64,000 nucleotides of DNA from positions 248,001-312,000 of the forward strand of contig CAUYUJ010000270.1 in the NCBI GenBank assembly GCA_963575745.1, written 5' to 3'. Every line of letters begins with the position of its first letter. Position 1 is the stretch's first letter. Position numbers and translations under genes: made by a program. This document shows, piece by piece, positions 1-12,389 of this stretch. Source of the DNA: Prorocentrum cordatum. Lineage: Eukaryota. The notes beneath the pieces are model-generated. The model made no database searches. It saw only the letters and a program-made list of their open reading frames with translations, and had not been told where the DNA came from.

Positions 1-1
1 A

Positions 2-1321
2 CCGTAAATCGAATATGGGGTTTCTCCAAATAGCAGGGCCTGCTACTTTGGTTCCGTCATGCCCGAATGCCCGCCTCCAAAACGTCACCGTCACAGGTAA
101 GGGGGTTGTGTCTAAGTCCCCAATGTTTAAAAGGGTCGCGCTTGGGACGAGGACATCTTTTGCTTTGAGGTTCCAGCAATCTGATATCAGTGTCCGCCCC
201 CATTCTTTTGGCCCCTTCTTGTACTGCAATTTGCCCAAGATGAGTGATCGATCAGCCTCCGAATTCAGGGTCACGTGTGTTTCGCATTGCTGGCAAAACG
301 ATTCGTATTCGCGATGGTCCCTGGGTGCCCAAGGTAGACGTGCCAATTGAAGTAGGTCGGTGAATGCATGCATGTCTTCCGATGTACATTTGCACAACGA
401 GCACGGCGAGCACGATGAGTTCACACTGGGGAGCCCGTGAGTGCGCAACGCGCCGGCCCAGTCTAGCTTTAGCCATATCACGCACCCTGTGAAGCCCAAT
501 GCCCCCCCTTTCGATTTTGACGCACGATCCAATGAGTGGCCGTCAGGGATTAGGTCACCATTGTAACGATGTGTCGGTCGGACACCATCGGCCAACACTC
601 CTATGCACCACCTCAGGTAAGTAAGGATGGGGTACACACTGCACCACCCCCTGCACCCACAAGAACACGCACCTCGCGACCGCAAGGTTGTGATGAGAGT
701 TCGCTTCCGAGTGAGCACGTTCGTGCACCAAAAACCCAACACTGTATCTGGGTTGGATGATGTCATTGAACTGAAGCGAACTGCATCCGTGTAAATCGCA
801 AGCGGCACTGGGAGATCGGCGCCACTCCTTTGGGCCCGTTTTACAAGCGTGTGTTCCCAGTAAACGTCTGGAAGTTTTGTGTCGGGGCCGACGGTGCACG
901 TGTCCTTGTCTTTGGAGATCGCTTCAGCAAGGGCCTCGTGAAGTAGGGTTGCCTCTGTTTGTAATTCACTCCTGGATCCAGTGTGTTTGTCCGTGGTGGG
1001 GTAGTTAATCACATCAACCATTTCTGGGCATGGCATCGCTTCGTCTAGGTCCCTGCTATACCTCCCCGTTTGCAAGCCAGGCGGGCGCGCATATTTGTGA
1101 AAGTCCCCCCCCAAGACCTCAGCACGGTCGCACCAGTGACACAGGATGCATGTATCTGCAGCAGAAAGTTTCCCGATCGCGTAAAGTTCTTTGATCTTTT
1201 GAAGTAGGTTGTGTCCAGCATCCCTCTGTCGTTGCAACCTCGCGTCGATCTCCTCCTGGGTACTAGCTGGCGGCTGGAGTATCGTTGGTTGGGTCCGACG
1301 CCGTTTGGGACGTGCCTCCAT
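2..1321 (-). CDS. CMC (CACTA/EnSpm-like) DDE transposase, N-terminal ~440 aa, runs off the window
   Basis: Manual translation from ATG 1321 (MEARPKRRRT) has no stop before position 2. Motifs: LYAIGKLSAADTCILCHW, PVPLAIYTDAVRF (1st D), CSCGCRGWCSVYP, WLKLDW (2nd D), PCSLC (C2C). Missing from the ORF track because its stop lies outside the window. Confidence 0.75.
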   Translation of the reverse strand, partial: MEARPKRRRTQPTILQPPASTQEEIDARLQRQRDAGHNLLQKIKELYAIGKLSAADTCILCHWCDRAEVLGGDFHKYARPPGLQTGRYSRDLDEAMPCPEMVDVINYPTTDKHTGSRSELQTEATLLHEALAEAISKDKDTCTVGPDTKLPDVYWEHTLVKRAQRSGADLPVPLAIYTDAVRFSSMTSSNPDTVLGFWCTNVLTRKRTLITTLRSRGACSCGCRGWCSVYPILTYLRWCIGVLADGVRPTHRYNGDLIPDGHSLDRASKSKGGALGFTGCVIWLKLDWAGALRTHGLPSVNSSCSPCSLCKCTSEDMHAFTDLLQLARLPWAPRDHREYESFCQQCETHVTLNSEADRSLILGKLQYKKGPKEWGRTLISDCWNLKAKDVLVPSATLLNIGDLDTTPLPVTVTFWRRAFGHDGTKVAGPAIWRNPIFDLR

Positions 1322-3112
1322 GGAACCATGATGTGGCAGGGGTGGCAAACAAACAAACTGGATTGAGAGGGGCAGCTCGATGGGGACGCATCGGAAACGA
1401 GCGATACGACGACGATGGGCGGGATGATACGAAGGGAAGGTTACAGGTAGGGAAACTGGAAGACATGAGCACCGATCACGATGAAAACGAGGAATGATAA
1501 GGGGTTGTGCGTGTAGAGGCGTGCGAGCAGAAGGATGAATATAACCCGCGCAAGTGCTACAAGCCTTCGGAAACACAGCGTGAACTTAAGATCACAGTGG
1601 CGCACCCCCCCCCCCCCTGAGCTCGCGAGTCAATTCGTCCAGAGGTCCTGCCGTTCTCTTTCTGTCATGCTCTGTCTTTCGAACGTTCAAGGGTCTGAGG
1701 GCGAGTACAAAGCCCTGGGGCCGACACTGTGTCTCGAAGAAGGTCGACATCGAAGCAAACTCGGTACCAGGACCTGACCCAGAGACGACTGAGGGCCCGA
1801 TCGAACAAAAGGGACAGAAACCACGGGGTGCAATCCTATTGAGCTGCGAGTCGCATGAGACCAGTCCACAAACGATGACGATGACGCCTGAGGTGATGAT
1901 GACGCGATTCCATCTCCAAAAAAGGGGAGATGCTGCATCATGTCCTGGCGCTCGTTCAAAAGGATACTAACTGGTCGTTGTGCGTACTAGTACTGCTACC
2001 TGCATGCTGCTCTTCTGCTTTTGCTTATGCTAGATATCACTGATTGGCTGTTGCCTCCCCCTCCCCCTGCGGTATCCCATGTGATGCAGCCGATGCAGGC
2101 AGCTATCCCGCAAGCACTCTACAGAGTCGCTCGAGCTGTCTCGTGCGCATCCCCGCTGCGACACGATCAAACACGCAGCAGCGACCAGCGGGTATCTGCA
2201 GGGCTACCCCTACAGAACAATTGAGGATTCACGCAGCGACCCTCGAGCATCATTGAATGAATATCGAAGTCTAAGAAGAGTAGTAAGCTAAGAAAAGTGG
2301 AGTGTCTTTGAATTTCCCCCAGAGAGAGTTCAGAGTCCAGAGCCCCCCCTGTCAGAGGGGAGCCCCATCAGAGAGCCCCCCCTCTGTCCCAGGTCCGACC
2401 TGACAAAGTGCCCCGGAAAAGAGCAGACAGCCAGCCCCGAACCGGACTCAACGCGACTCAACAAAAACGGTGAACTCAGCGTTGAGAGAATAAGCTCCCC
2501 TCGATTGACATCCTCACAAAACAAGATGCCCTCACGCACTCAAACAACGCCGACTCAAACCGGTCCGCGGGTGGCCCAAACTGTCCACTAAGGACTAAAG
2601 AAGCTACCGTTTTTTCATGTCGCGAGAGAGTGGGGGGGGGTACGAACAATATTTTCCCGCCCTGATGGGCAGCAAATTACACAACCCCCCGCTCCACCTA
2701 AGGTCGCGCTGGCAGAACTTGGAACTCACCGGCCTGGTGCCCACAAATGCGGGCGGCGGCGCCGCGGACGTGTTTCGCGGGGCCCGAGGGCACAAGAGGA
2801 GGACGAGGAGGAGGAGGAGAAGGAGGAGGGGAGGAGGAGAGGATGGAGGAGGAGAGGGAGGAGGATGAGGAGGAGGAGGAGAAGAGGAGGAGGAGGAGAA
2901 GAGGAGGAAGAGGAGGAAGAGGAGAGGGAGGAGTGAAGACAGCATGCCAGGCCCCTATCGGGCAAACATATCCTTCCCACTTCGCGAGACACTCTTCGCG
3001 ATAGCCACTCTCGAGACAGTCCGAGGGGCGGCAAATGAGAAACAAAACTGAAGCAATGCCAACTGAGGTATGCTTGCCCGAGGTTGGTAGCATGAGCAGG
3101 GGCGGCCTGCGA

Positions 3113-4118
3113 TCAGGAAGCGGCGCCAGGTGCGGCGCCCTCGCCGCCCCTCTTGCGCTTCTTGCCGACCTGGGCCTTCGGCTTGGCGCTCGGGGCAAAA
3201 AAAAAAAAGAAAAGGGGCAAAAAAAAAAAAGGGCGAGAACACAAAAGAAGAAAAAAGCATAAAAAAACAAAGGTAAAAAAGATAAAAAAAAAAAAAAAGA
3301 AACAAACAAACGCACAGCAACCGTTCCCACAAAAAATAGGGTCAAAAAGAAAAAAAGGCTCCTCTGCGCCTCGACCTGGCCGCGCTTGGCACCGAGGAGG
3401 ATGCTCATCTCGGCCTGAACATCCTCGACCATCGGTTTGACGATGGCGCTGAAGTTCTTGAATGTCACCTCGGCGCCCGACAAGCCCGTCTGCTCGACCA
3501 TGCTCGACTTGAGCGAGCCCATCTCTTCGGCCACAATGAGGCTGAGCGTGCCCGACTGCTCGATCGTACTATCGAGCTTCTTGAGCGCATCCGTCAAAGG
3601 CTTCATGGCCTGCGGCGTGTTGAAGCGCGACCAAGAAGAGTCCTTGCCGATCTGCTTCTGGAGGTTCGTCGCTTGGGTCACGGTACTGCCGTAGTCCTCC
3701 TTCAGTGCGCATGCTGCTCGGAAGGCCGCCATCAGGGCCGCGTCCTTCTTGACCTTCTTCTCGCGAGGCAGATTGCCACCGCCACCACCATCACCGCCAG
3801 TAGTTCCATCAGGAGTTCCACCAGCGGCACCAGTAGTTCCACCAGGAGTTCCAACGGGACCAGTAGTTCCACCAGGAGTGCGAGCAGACGACGCAGCTGA
3901 ACCAGGAGGGGCACCACCAGCGCCTGCGCCAGTTGCTGCATCAGTAGTTCCACGAGGAGGCGCTGCCTCTGCACCATGAGCTCCACCAGCCTGGGGCGCA
4001 GCACGTGCAGCCGCGGGCGCAGCAGCTGCCGCCCCAGAAGACGCCGAGCCGCTGCCGCGCGGGGCCGCAGCCTGCTAGAAAGGGGTATCTTCCTCCTCCT
4101 CCTCCTCCTCCTCCTCCT

Positions 4119-4152
<34 letters not shown>

Positions 4153-5396
4153 GTCCTCCTCAAGTTGTTCCCCCCTCGCCTCCTTATGTTCCCTCATCCT
4201 GCTCCTCAGTTGCCTTCTCCTCTTCCTCCGCCTCCTCCTCCGCCTCCCACCTTCTCCTCTTCCACTCCCCCTCATCCTCCTCATTCTCCGCCTGCCTCTG
4301 TCCCCTTGTGTGTCTTTCTCCTTCGCGTTCCAGGTCCCCATCTCTTGTGCGTTCCTCTTCTTCTGTGTCTTGTTCGTCTGCTTATTCTTCTTCTTTCCCC
4401 TTTCCCCCCTCCCCCAGCCTCATCCCCCCCCCCATCCTCCTCCCGCCTCCTCCTGCCTCCTCCTCCTCCTCCTCCTCCTCCTCCCCCTCCTCCCCCTCCT
4501 CCTCCTCCTCCTCTTCCTCCTTTCAGCCCGTCTCATTTTGCATTCGGTGCTCTCTCATCGGATGCGCCTTGGTAATTCAAGCGATTCGTTTCTCGGGGCC
4601 GCTCGAGGCCTTTGAACGGGGGGAATTCACGTGTTTCGTCTCCTGGAGTATTAAACGATTGACTTCCGAACATTCCTTGGGCGCCATGGGAATGGGCCCC
4701 GAGCCCTACACGATTACGCCCAGCCTTTCAGAAGAGAAGCCCTTGGGCCTCTGAGCGGGTGGTCGAACCTTCACGCCTGAGAGACCAGTTCCTCACCATG
4801 GACTCCCTGAAGCCCTCCTCCACGTACAAGAAGCGTGCGCTCTGCGCACGGCTGCAATATTTGAAGTGCGGGTATCCCGTATCCAAGCAGGTCAAGGCCC
4901 AATTGACTGCATTCTTCATTCCCTGGGCCCCACCTCCCTCTTCGACCGCGATGCGCCCCAAGGGGCGGTAGACGCTGCCCCGAAATTCCTCCAGGATCTC
5001 AGACTCAGTGTAGCTTTTGCTGATTACAACCTTGTCGTGCTGCTGTTTCGCCCAAGTCTGGCGAAATGCTCTCTTTGCATCGGGGCCCTGGGCGCTCTGG
5101 TACTCGTCATGCTTAGCTGGGTTGGCCTTCAAATAACGCTGAAATCTCCCTGCAACTGGATTGCCCTTATATCCACGGGCGTCGAAGTCGAAACCGTTAT
5201 CTTTGATGTTTGTCCAGAACTTCTGTTCTGGAGTCAAGCTTTTTTCTTCTGTTTCTGTCTCTTGTTTGCGTTTGATCGCTGCCATGCTGACGATCACCTC
5301 ATCCACTGTGTCCTGCTGCCCCCCAGTGTGGTCGAACAACATCCTTTCCACGCTGGCAACTTCGAGGTTGGAGTTGGTCAGGCCCTCCACCAGCAT
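3113..5396 (-). CDS. Spliced hypothetical protein, probably TE-associated: exons ~5396-4749, 4071-~3362, possible last exon ~3196-3113
   Basis: ORF 4728..5396 joins in phase 0 through a GC-AG intron (4748-4072, GAG|GC...CAG|G) to the frame of ORF 2698..3732. The terminal segment APSAKPKAQVGKKRKR..* follows a poly-T tract; that junction is unresolved. Confidence 0.55.
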
Positions 5397-6832
5397 GTTG
5401 GCGAGATGCTGCAGACACGCATCCGTATTTTAGTAGGCATTCCGACATCTCAGCGCTCTGTGGACCTTTCTCTGTGGTTTGCGCTGCGACTGGCACTACC
5501 CCCCCCCCAAAAAAAAACAGGATGATGGAAAGGATGAGGCTGAGGAGGAGGAGGGGGGGGAGGGAGGAAGAGAGGCGGAGGAGGATGATGAGAAGGAGGA
5601 GTACGAGGAAGGAGCTCGAGGCGACGGAAAAGAAGGGTGAGGAGGGGGATGAGGAGGAGGAGCGCCCCAGACTCTGCAGCGTGGAGTGCGAGGGCTAACA
5701 GATTTGAAACGCTCGATCTTTCACGTGGCCCGCGCCCCACAACGTCGATCGGCCATGACACAAACATCTTGCGCGCATAAGACGTGCAACCATGGAAAAC
5801 GAATGTCGCAGCCTAAGGACCCAATCGCCATCTCGCCATTTAAGAGGGGGGCTTCCAGACGACAGGCCAACCAGAAGATCCGGACTGGAGAGCGTTGAGC
5901 TCCATTGGTTTTGATGCGGGGGAGGGGGGCCGACTTTAAATTCATAGAGGGGGGCGGCTGGCCTCCACTATCAGACTCCATGCCCCCAAAGACCCCTCGT
6001 TCAGTTTGTCGCTCGACCGATCGAAAAAAAGTGGTCCTTGTTAGAATCCAGAACTGCAGAACCCGCTGGCGATGACGTTGGCGTTCCTGAGGGGGTCGCC
6101 GCGGGGGGGGCGTTGACGCCGAAGTAGGGCAAGGTCGACGGTGAGAGGCCTGCCTCCTCCCGCATCTCGGCCTCCTCGCCAAGGGTCGGCAGTCGGTCGG
6201 TCCACGGGATGCCCGACGGAAGCTCCTGGCAGCGGCAACGGAAGGGGGATCAGCGCGAATGGACGTACGAGAGGGGGATGAGCAGTAGATCTCACGACCG
6301 CATGTCGAATAGCACAAGTGGGTTGGCCACCCAGGATGGATCGGGCGATTGGCGCAAGGCGGAGAGACGGGGGCAGGATAGGAGGGCTGGGGGGGGAGGG
6401 GTGAGGAATGTCAGGAGGACGAGGGGGGAGCACGAGGAGGATGAGGAGAATAACCCCGAGGAGGAGATCGAGGAGGAGGAGGAGTAGGAGGAGGAAGTCC
6501 ATCTGACGTTTCGGAGTTCTCCTGATCCCTTTGCGCTCGTTTCGTCTGTCGTCCCTCCTTCCCTTCCCTCTATCCTCCCTCCTTGCTCAGGCGGGCGCGC
6601 TATTTGATTTCTGCGATGGCGTGACACGCATGCCGAAACTATGCGCAACTGGATGTTCTCGCAGCACCCCTGGAACAATCGGACACGACTGCAAGTAGCT
6701 ATGTTGTGGTTTGTTGTGTCTGCGCACATCGTTCAACCATCCCACTGGTTCCTGCTCTGGAATGCCGCCTGGAAAACTTAGCAGCGTGCAGCGTGAAAAG
6801 TCGCTCTCTCACTCGCAGCTCTTTCAGTGCCT

Positions 6833-8452
6833 CTAGTCGAAGATGCTCCCAAAGCCTGGCGGCGGCACGTCGTCGAAGCCATGCCCCAAAGCTGTCCACG
6901 CCGCCGCCTCCTCGTCACTGCTGGCCACCGAAGCAGCCTCCTGCGTCTCGCCCGAAGCGCCAGGCCCCTTCGACGGCGACGCCTTCTTCCCCACAACCTT
7001 GGCCTTGCCCTTGGCTTTGCCCTTCGGCTTCGGGCGCTTGGCAGCCGCCGCAGGCGTCGTGTCGCCCCCGCAGCCTTTACCTCCTGCAGCTGCCTCGCCT
7101 TGGCCACCAGGTTTTGCTGCAGGGCGCTTGCGCACTGTCGTTAATGACGCCACCTTGGCCACGCAGCTGATCTTCTTCTTGATGAGGTCGTCCTTGTCGA
7201 TCTTGTTATTCGCGTACATGTGCACCAACTCCTCCATGTGCTTGCGGATCTGGCTGATCTGATCCTCGTTGAAGTCTCGCAAGGATTGCTGGGCGAACTG
7301 TTCATTGCCATCCGACTTCTCATGGCGAATTGCCAAAAATGAGAAGCCGCTCCGCTTGAAGTCGACGAGCCTGACTTGGCCGTCGGTCACGTGCTCGACC
7401 CAGTTCCTGGCTACCTGGGAACCCTTGGAGGAAGACTTCAAGAGCTCCTCCAACTTCTCAGCGCTTACATGCGGTACCGACCACGTGTCTCCATCTGGCC
7501 AGACCGCAACGGGGAAATCTTTGCAGTGCCCTTTCAGCAAGCCATTCTCAACGCTCGGGATCACCAAACGAATCGCCTTCTCTCGCTCCGCGCCCTTGGT
7601 GCGGAAGGCGGCCTGCATCTCAGCATCCCACGCGTACTTGCACACGTAATCCTCAGGAGTTGTTGTCCTCCGCCGCTTCGAGCAGGGCGCCCCAGCAGGC
7701 AGCTTGTCTGCAGCACTGGTCAATCCCGAAGCGCTCGATCCCGAAGCTGCAGTCTCCGCTGGCTGTTCAGCAGCCTTGCCAGCCGCCAACTCCTCGCCAG
7801 CTGACTCCTCGTCCTCAACTCCCTCCTCGGTGGCGCCAGCTTCGTCCTCAGCCTCATCCTTCTCGGACTGCTCCTCCTCTTCACCCTCTTCGAACTCCTC
7901 GCCGTCGCCCCCCTCCTCCTCAGCAGCGCGGCCTGCGTCTCCTCCTGCATCGCCAGCTGGCTCGGCAGGAACGACCTCGGCCGCGCTCCCTGCGCCGTCC
8001 TCCTCTGCGCCGCTGTCGGCACCGTCGACTTCCTCATCGGCAGGGCCGGATGGTCTCGAGTGCTTCCGAAACGCCGCCAGGCATTCTGGGATGTCCTCGT
8101 CGTCGGCACGATCCTTGAACTTGCTGACGTACTGCTCCATGTCGCGCCTCATTGCCCTCAATCTCTTGGCCAAGCCCTCTGCCCACTTGCTTCTCGAGTC
8201 GCTCAGGTGGAACGTGTCTTCCTTCTCCGCCGCCACTGTGTCGAGCGCCTTCTGTAGCTGGAGTTGTGGCAAGCCCGCTGGCAGCAACGCTATCGTGTCT
8301 GCCCACTTGAGCAACTCGACGTTGTTGCGCGGGCCTCCTGTCACATCATCCCTGTAGTCGGGCCTGGCGGTCGAGGTGATTACCTTACTGAGATCCTCGG
8401 TGAGCGCATCAAGATCATCATCGGATATGCTGGCTCTCCTCTTGGGAGCCAT
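6833..8452 (-). CDS. Hypothetical 539-aa intronless protein (globular N-terminus, acidic linker, Lys-rich tail)
   Basis: Long ORF with strong GC3 bias and MAPKRR start; SL-like relic ~50 nt upstream. Confidence 0.7.
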   Translation of the reverse strand: MAPKRRASISDDDLDALTEDLSKVITSTARPDYRDDVTGGPRNNVELLKWADTIALLPAGLPQLQLQKALDTVAAEKEDTFHLSDSRSKWAEGLAKRLRAMRRDMEQYVSKFKDRADDEDIPECLAAFRKHSRPSGPADEEVDGADSGAEEDGAGSAAEVVPAEPAGDAGGDAGRAAEEEGGDGEEFEEGEEEEQSEKDEAEDEAGATEEGVEDEESAGEELAAGKAAEQPAETAASGSSASGLTSAADKLPAGAPCSKRRRTTTPEDYVCKYAWDAEMQAAFRTKGAEREKAIRLVIPSVENGLLKGHCKDFPVAVWPDGDTWSVPHVSAEKLEELLKSSSKGSQVARNWVEHVTDGQVRLVDFKRSGFSFLAIRHEKSDGNEQFAQQSLRDFNEDQISQIRKHMEELVHMYANNKIDKDDLIKKKISCVAKVASLTTVRKRPAAKPGGQGEAAAGGKGCGGDTTPAAAAKRPKPKGKAKGKAKVVGKKASPSKGPGASGETQEAASVASSDEEAAAWTALGHGFDDVPPPGFGSIFD

Positions 8453-8503
8453 CTAGGCCGTTCTGCGCGCAGATGCACTCGGCGCGTGCGCAAACCTGAA
8501 TGT

Positions 8504-8520
8504 TTTGAGCCAAATCGGCA
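8504..8520 (-). other. Spliced-leader relic
   Basis: Minus strand reads TGCCGATTTGGCTCAAA versus SL 3' part GCCATTTTGGCTCAAG; upstream of ATG 8452. Confidence 0.5.
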
Positions 8521-9289
8521 ACAGAAGTCACGCTGAACAACAATTCGAATCGATGAGATTCGGCATGCCTGCCGAAAAATCAATGTGTCAAATCAATGAG
8601 TCATTGAGCGCGCCCTCAAGGGTACCGCCCTGCACGCTAGGATTCCGAAACTACCACGCCTGTGGTATCGCCCTGGCCAGCGATCGGCTGCGAATCCAGC
8701 TATGGCGACGAGGGTGGCACCACGCGCTACACCACGCGCCCTTCCATCTCCCGAATTCTTCTCTCTCTTGGGCGGGGGTTGGGGAGGGGGCTGGAGTTGG
8801 GGGCGTAACTAACATTGCTAGCTGCATGCCCCCGATTTGGTTCCGAGCGGGACTCCAATGGGTCGATCACGGGGCAATTCAGGAATCACCGCGAGACAGG
8901 CACGGGGAGATGTCGGCACCGAAAGGGGAGAGGTGAGCGAGAGTAGACAAGACACCTTGCAAAAAAAGAGAACATAAAAAGAAGAGCCGCTGCAGTCCTC
9001 CCGTTCCGCGACGCGACCTTCCAGCGCCATGGCCGCGCACGTATCTGTCTGGAGAAGAGAAGGTAGAATAATCTTCTCGGGCGCCCCCCGCGAACTCAGC
9101 CGCTGACTGGCGGCGAACGACAACGCACTGCACAATGCTCGCCGTCGTCCCTCGGTTTCGTCTCCCCCGTCGCCCTCGTCGTATCTGTCGTCGTCGTCGA
9201 CCGCCGTCGCCATCGTCGCCATCGTTTAAACGATGGCGACGATGGCGTTTCCGTCGTCGTCGTCGCGGCAGCTTCCGTCGACCATGGCG

Positions 9290-9350
9290 CGTGGAATTAT
9301 TTGACACTAGTGCCAAATAATTCCACGACCCCCGAAAGGGGGTTGGCGGG
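9290..9350. repeat. 38-bp palindrome followed by a GNRA hairpin
   Basis: CGTGGAATTATTTGACACTAGTGCCAAATAATTCCACG (one mismatched pair), then ACCCCC-GAAA-GGGGGT, then TGGCGGG. Confidence 0.8.
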
Positions 9351-9805
9351 TATGTGAACCCAAGATGTCGATGTTTCTCTATGTTTCCTCATCCTTGTCC
9401 TGTTTCTCCCTCCCCCTCTCTGTTTTTATCCTTCTGTTTGTTTGTTCATTTCCCCCTGTTTCTAGTTCGTGCCTTTTTTTTTATTGTGGCGCACAAGATG
9501 TCAGAAACAAGAAGATCGAAACAAAAAAAATGTAACTCAAAGAGTTGCTCACCAACTTTGTAAGCAAAACAAAGAAAAGCTTATAAATAAGTTTTGGATC
9601 TTATTATAAGCTTCAGCTTCGTAAAGCTTAAAATAAGCCGGTGTGAACCTCAGGGTCAGGCTCCGCTGGCCAGGTGTCGTCGGCTGGGGCGACGTCACCC
9701 GCGTGGCAGCGAGACGGTGCGGGACCTGTTCACGCGCGGCGAGCGCGCGAGACGGCGGTCTTCCTCGACCGCCGCCGCCCACCGGCGCCGCCGGTGCCCC
9801 CCCCC

Positions 9806-11034
9806 CCTGGCGCCCTGAACATGTTTATCGCGGGGGGTGATTGCCCCGGGAAAACTGAGCACATGAGCTACCCTACGCGAGCAGATGGACATTTTAATGT
9901 TCATTAAGCGTTTACAAATTAAATGTAATAAGTTTTGAACTTTGGATTTTTGCTTCTTCCTCCTCCCCTGCTTCTCCTGCTCTTCTTCCTTCTCATCATG
10001 CTGCTCTTTCTTTTCTTGTTTATTTATATCTCTCTTTCTGATTATTTTTCTCCTTGCCCCCCTGCCCCCCTGAACTTGTTTATCGCGGGGGGTGGTTATC
10101 ATGGAAAAACTAAGCGCGTGAGCTACCCTGCGCGAGCGGATGGAAATTTTTAATTATCATTAAGCACTTACGAATGAATTCTGATAAATTTTGAACTTGG
10201 GATTTTTGCTATCTCCTTCTCCTCCCCCCCTCTTGCTGCTTCTCCTGCTCCCCCCCCCCTTCCTCCTCTACCTCCTCTTCTCTTTCTACGTTTCTATTTA
10301 TAATTATATATTTCTTCTCCCCCCCCCTGCCCCCTGAACTTGTTCATCGCTGTGCGTGAATATCTGGGGGGGGGGGGGGGGGGCGAGGCGCATGGGGGAT
10401 CTCTGAAGAAACCAATAGGCATCTCTACAGAAACCAATAGGAATCTTAGGGGATCTATAAGAATTATAGGAGTGTGCACAAAAAAACTGCAGGAAACCAT
10501 GTGAATCTGTTTCTATTTTTCAAATGTAGAAGCGAAGCTCGGGGGCGCGCCGCCGCGCGCGCGGCGGCGCCCGGCTAAGCTTCGCTCCTAGATTATTCAC
10601 CATTAATAAATCTACATTTAAATCCAAAAGCGAAATCGAAAAATTCTGGGGCCCCCTAACGAGGCTGAAGGAACGCGCCGGCTTTTTATATTTTATAATG
10701 CAGAACTGAAGCTAGGAAGCGCGCGCGCGCGGTGACCGGGCCACCGCGCGCGCGCGCGGGTGGCCCGGCCACCGCGCGCGCGCGGGTGACCCGGTCCTGG
10801 GAAAACTAAGCACATGAGCTAAAATTGCAATTTTCATCAAGCGCTTACAAATTAAATCTAATGCGTTTTGAATGTTGGTGTTTTGCTTCCCTCTTGTTTT
10901 TTTTTCCTCCTCTTCCTCTTTCTCCTCCTCCTCATCCTCTTCCTCCTCTTCCTCCCCTGCCTCCTCTTCCTCTTCTTCTCTTTCTATCTTTCTATTTAAC
11001 TATCTATATTTATTATCCTCACCCCTGGCGCCCT
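9806..11034. repeat. Internally deleted copy of the 1.15-kb AT-rich repeat unit
   Basis: Shares CCCTGAACTTGTTTATCGCGGGGGG, GAAAACTAAGCACATGAGCTA and the left palindrome arm with 17565-19990; the right arm is missing after ~10795. Confidence 0.8.
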
Positions 11035-11039
11035 ACTAA

Positions 11040-11345
11040 AGGCCCTAGGGCCAGGCCCAGGGTAGGCCTAGGGATACCCTAGGGGTAAGCCTAGGGGAAG
11101 GCTCTAGGGGTAGGCCTAGAGGTAGGCTTAGGGGTAGGCCCAGGGGTGTAGGCCTAGGGGTAGGCCCTAGGGGTAGGCGTAGGGGTAGGCCCTAGGGGTA
11201 GGCCCTAGGGGTAGGCTGTATGGGGTATGCCCTCTAAGGTAGGTCTAGGGGTACGCCCTAGGTGTAGGCCCAGGATAGGCCCAGGGGTAGGCCCTAGGGG
11301 TAGGCCTAGGGCAGGCCTAGAGGTAGGCCCTATGGTAGGCCTAGG
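11040..11345 (+). repeat. GGGGTAGGCC(C)TA minisatellite
   Basis: Tandem ~12-14-bp units; the reverse-complement version occurs at ~13620-13745. Confidence 0.85.
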
Positions 11346-11476
11346 AAAGGCCAAAGGGCCTTTTAAGAAAGGTTGGAGGAGGCTTCGAGCGAAACGAGCA
11401 CGCTCGTCGAGGACCATCCAAACGAAACAAACACGTTCTTCGAAGACGTCTCAAGCGAAACGAGCAGCATAAATAT

Positions 11477-11499
11477 ACGTAGACATTTGGTGGCTCAAG
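11477..11499 (+). other. Spliced-leader relic (variant with GG insertion)
   Basis: ACGTAGACATTTGGTGGCTCAAG, 37 nt before ATG 11537. Confidence 0.7.
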
Positions 11500-11536
11500 A
11501 TTTCGAGCTACCCAAGATACTTGCTCCAAGGCGACA

Positions 11537-12325
11537 ATGGAACATCGCATCGAGTTCGAGAAATGTGAGAGGCAAGGGTCTCGACCGAGATCGCCGAGAT
11601 CAATGGCTGACCGCCCCCGCAGCCGTTGGCGAGACATCTTCCCCGAGGACATGGCTGCTCGTCTCCCGAGCGAGTGGCGAGACATCTTATCCGGGGAGAG
11701 CCTCGCGCCGTTCGAGAACACCCAAGACATGTTCGAAGCAACGCGGCAAGAGCTCGGGCTCACAGGACCACCCGAGAACGCGCAGTGTCTCGAAGAGCAG
11801 GAGGCGCTCGAGGAGAACGCCCAGCTCCCGAACAACGAGGCCGAGAGCCCGAGGTCTCGAGAGCCCGAAACACCAGAGAAGCCCGAGGGCGAGACCGACG
11901 AGCTTGACGACGAGGACACCAAGCGCCAAGAGCTCGAGGGACCCGAGACGCCCGAGAAACTCGAGGTCCGCGAGAAGGAGCTCCAGGCCGTCAGCAGCAG
12001 CGGCGAGAAGAAGCGAGGACGAGACCGAGACGAACTCGAGGCACCCGCGGAGTCCGAGGACGAGGTCGGGAGCCCGAGGTCCCGAGAGCCCGAAACACCA
12101 GAGAAGCCCGAGAGCGAGACCGACGAGCTTGACGACGAGGACACCGAGCGCCAGGAGCTCGTGCCCGAAGAGGGCAAGCGCCTAGTAGTGGAACCTGAGG
12201 TTTACGTAGTGTTCTCGAGCCCCGACACTGGGACGACCGAGCCAGCCTCAGACGCCGAGGCGCAAGCCAGGGCGCCCTACGAGCGCACGCACAGCCAGTG
12301 GATACTCGAGGGGCGCTCGAGTTAG
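11537..12325 (+). CDS. Glu-rich hypothetical protein with an internal duplication (SPRSREPETPEKPExETDELDDEDT x2)
   Basis: 262-aa ORF, GC3 bias, SL relic upstream, arrays on both sides. Confidence 0.6.
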   Translation: MEHRIEFEKCERQGSRPRSPRSMADRPRSRWRDIFPEDMAARLPSEWRDILSGESLAPFENTQDMFEATRQELGLTGPPENAQCLEEQEALEENAQLPNNEAESPRSREPETPEKPEGETDELDDEDTKRQELEGPETPEKLEVREKELQAVSSSGEKKRGRDRDELEAPAESEDEVGSPRSREPETPEKPESETDELDDEDTERQELVPEEGKRLVVEPEVYVVFSSPDTGTTEPASDAEAQARAPYERTHSQWILEGRSS

Positions 12326-12389
12326 ATTCACGCGCTCAGAGTGCTTCGAGAAAACAAGGAAGATGCCCCTATCGTGCGTCGAAAATGGC

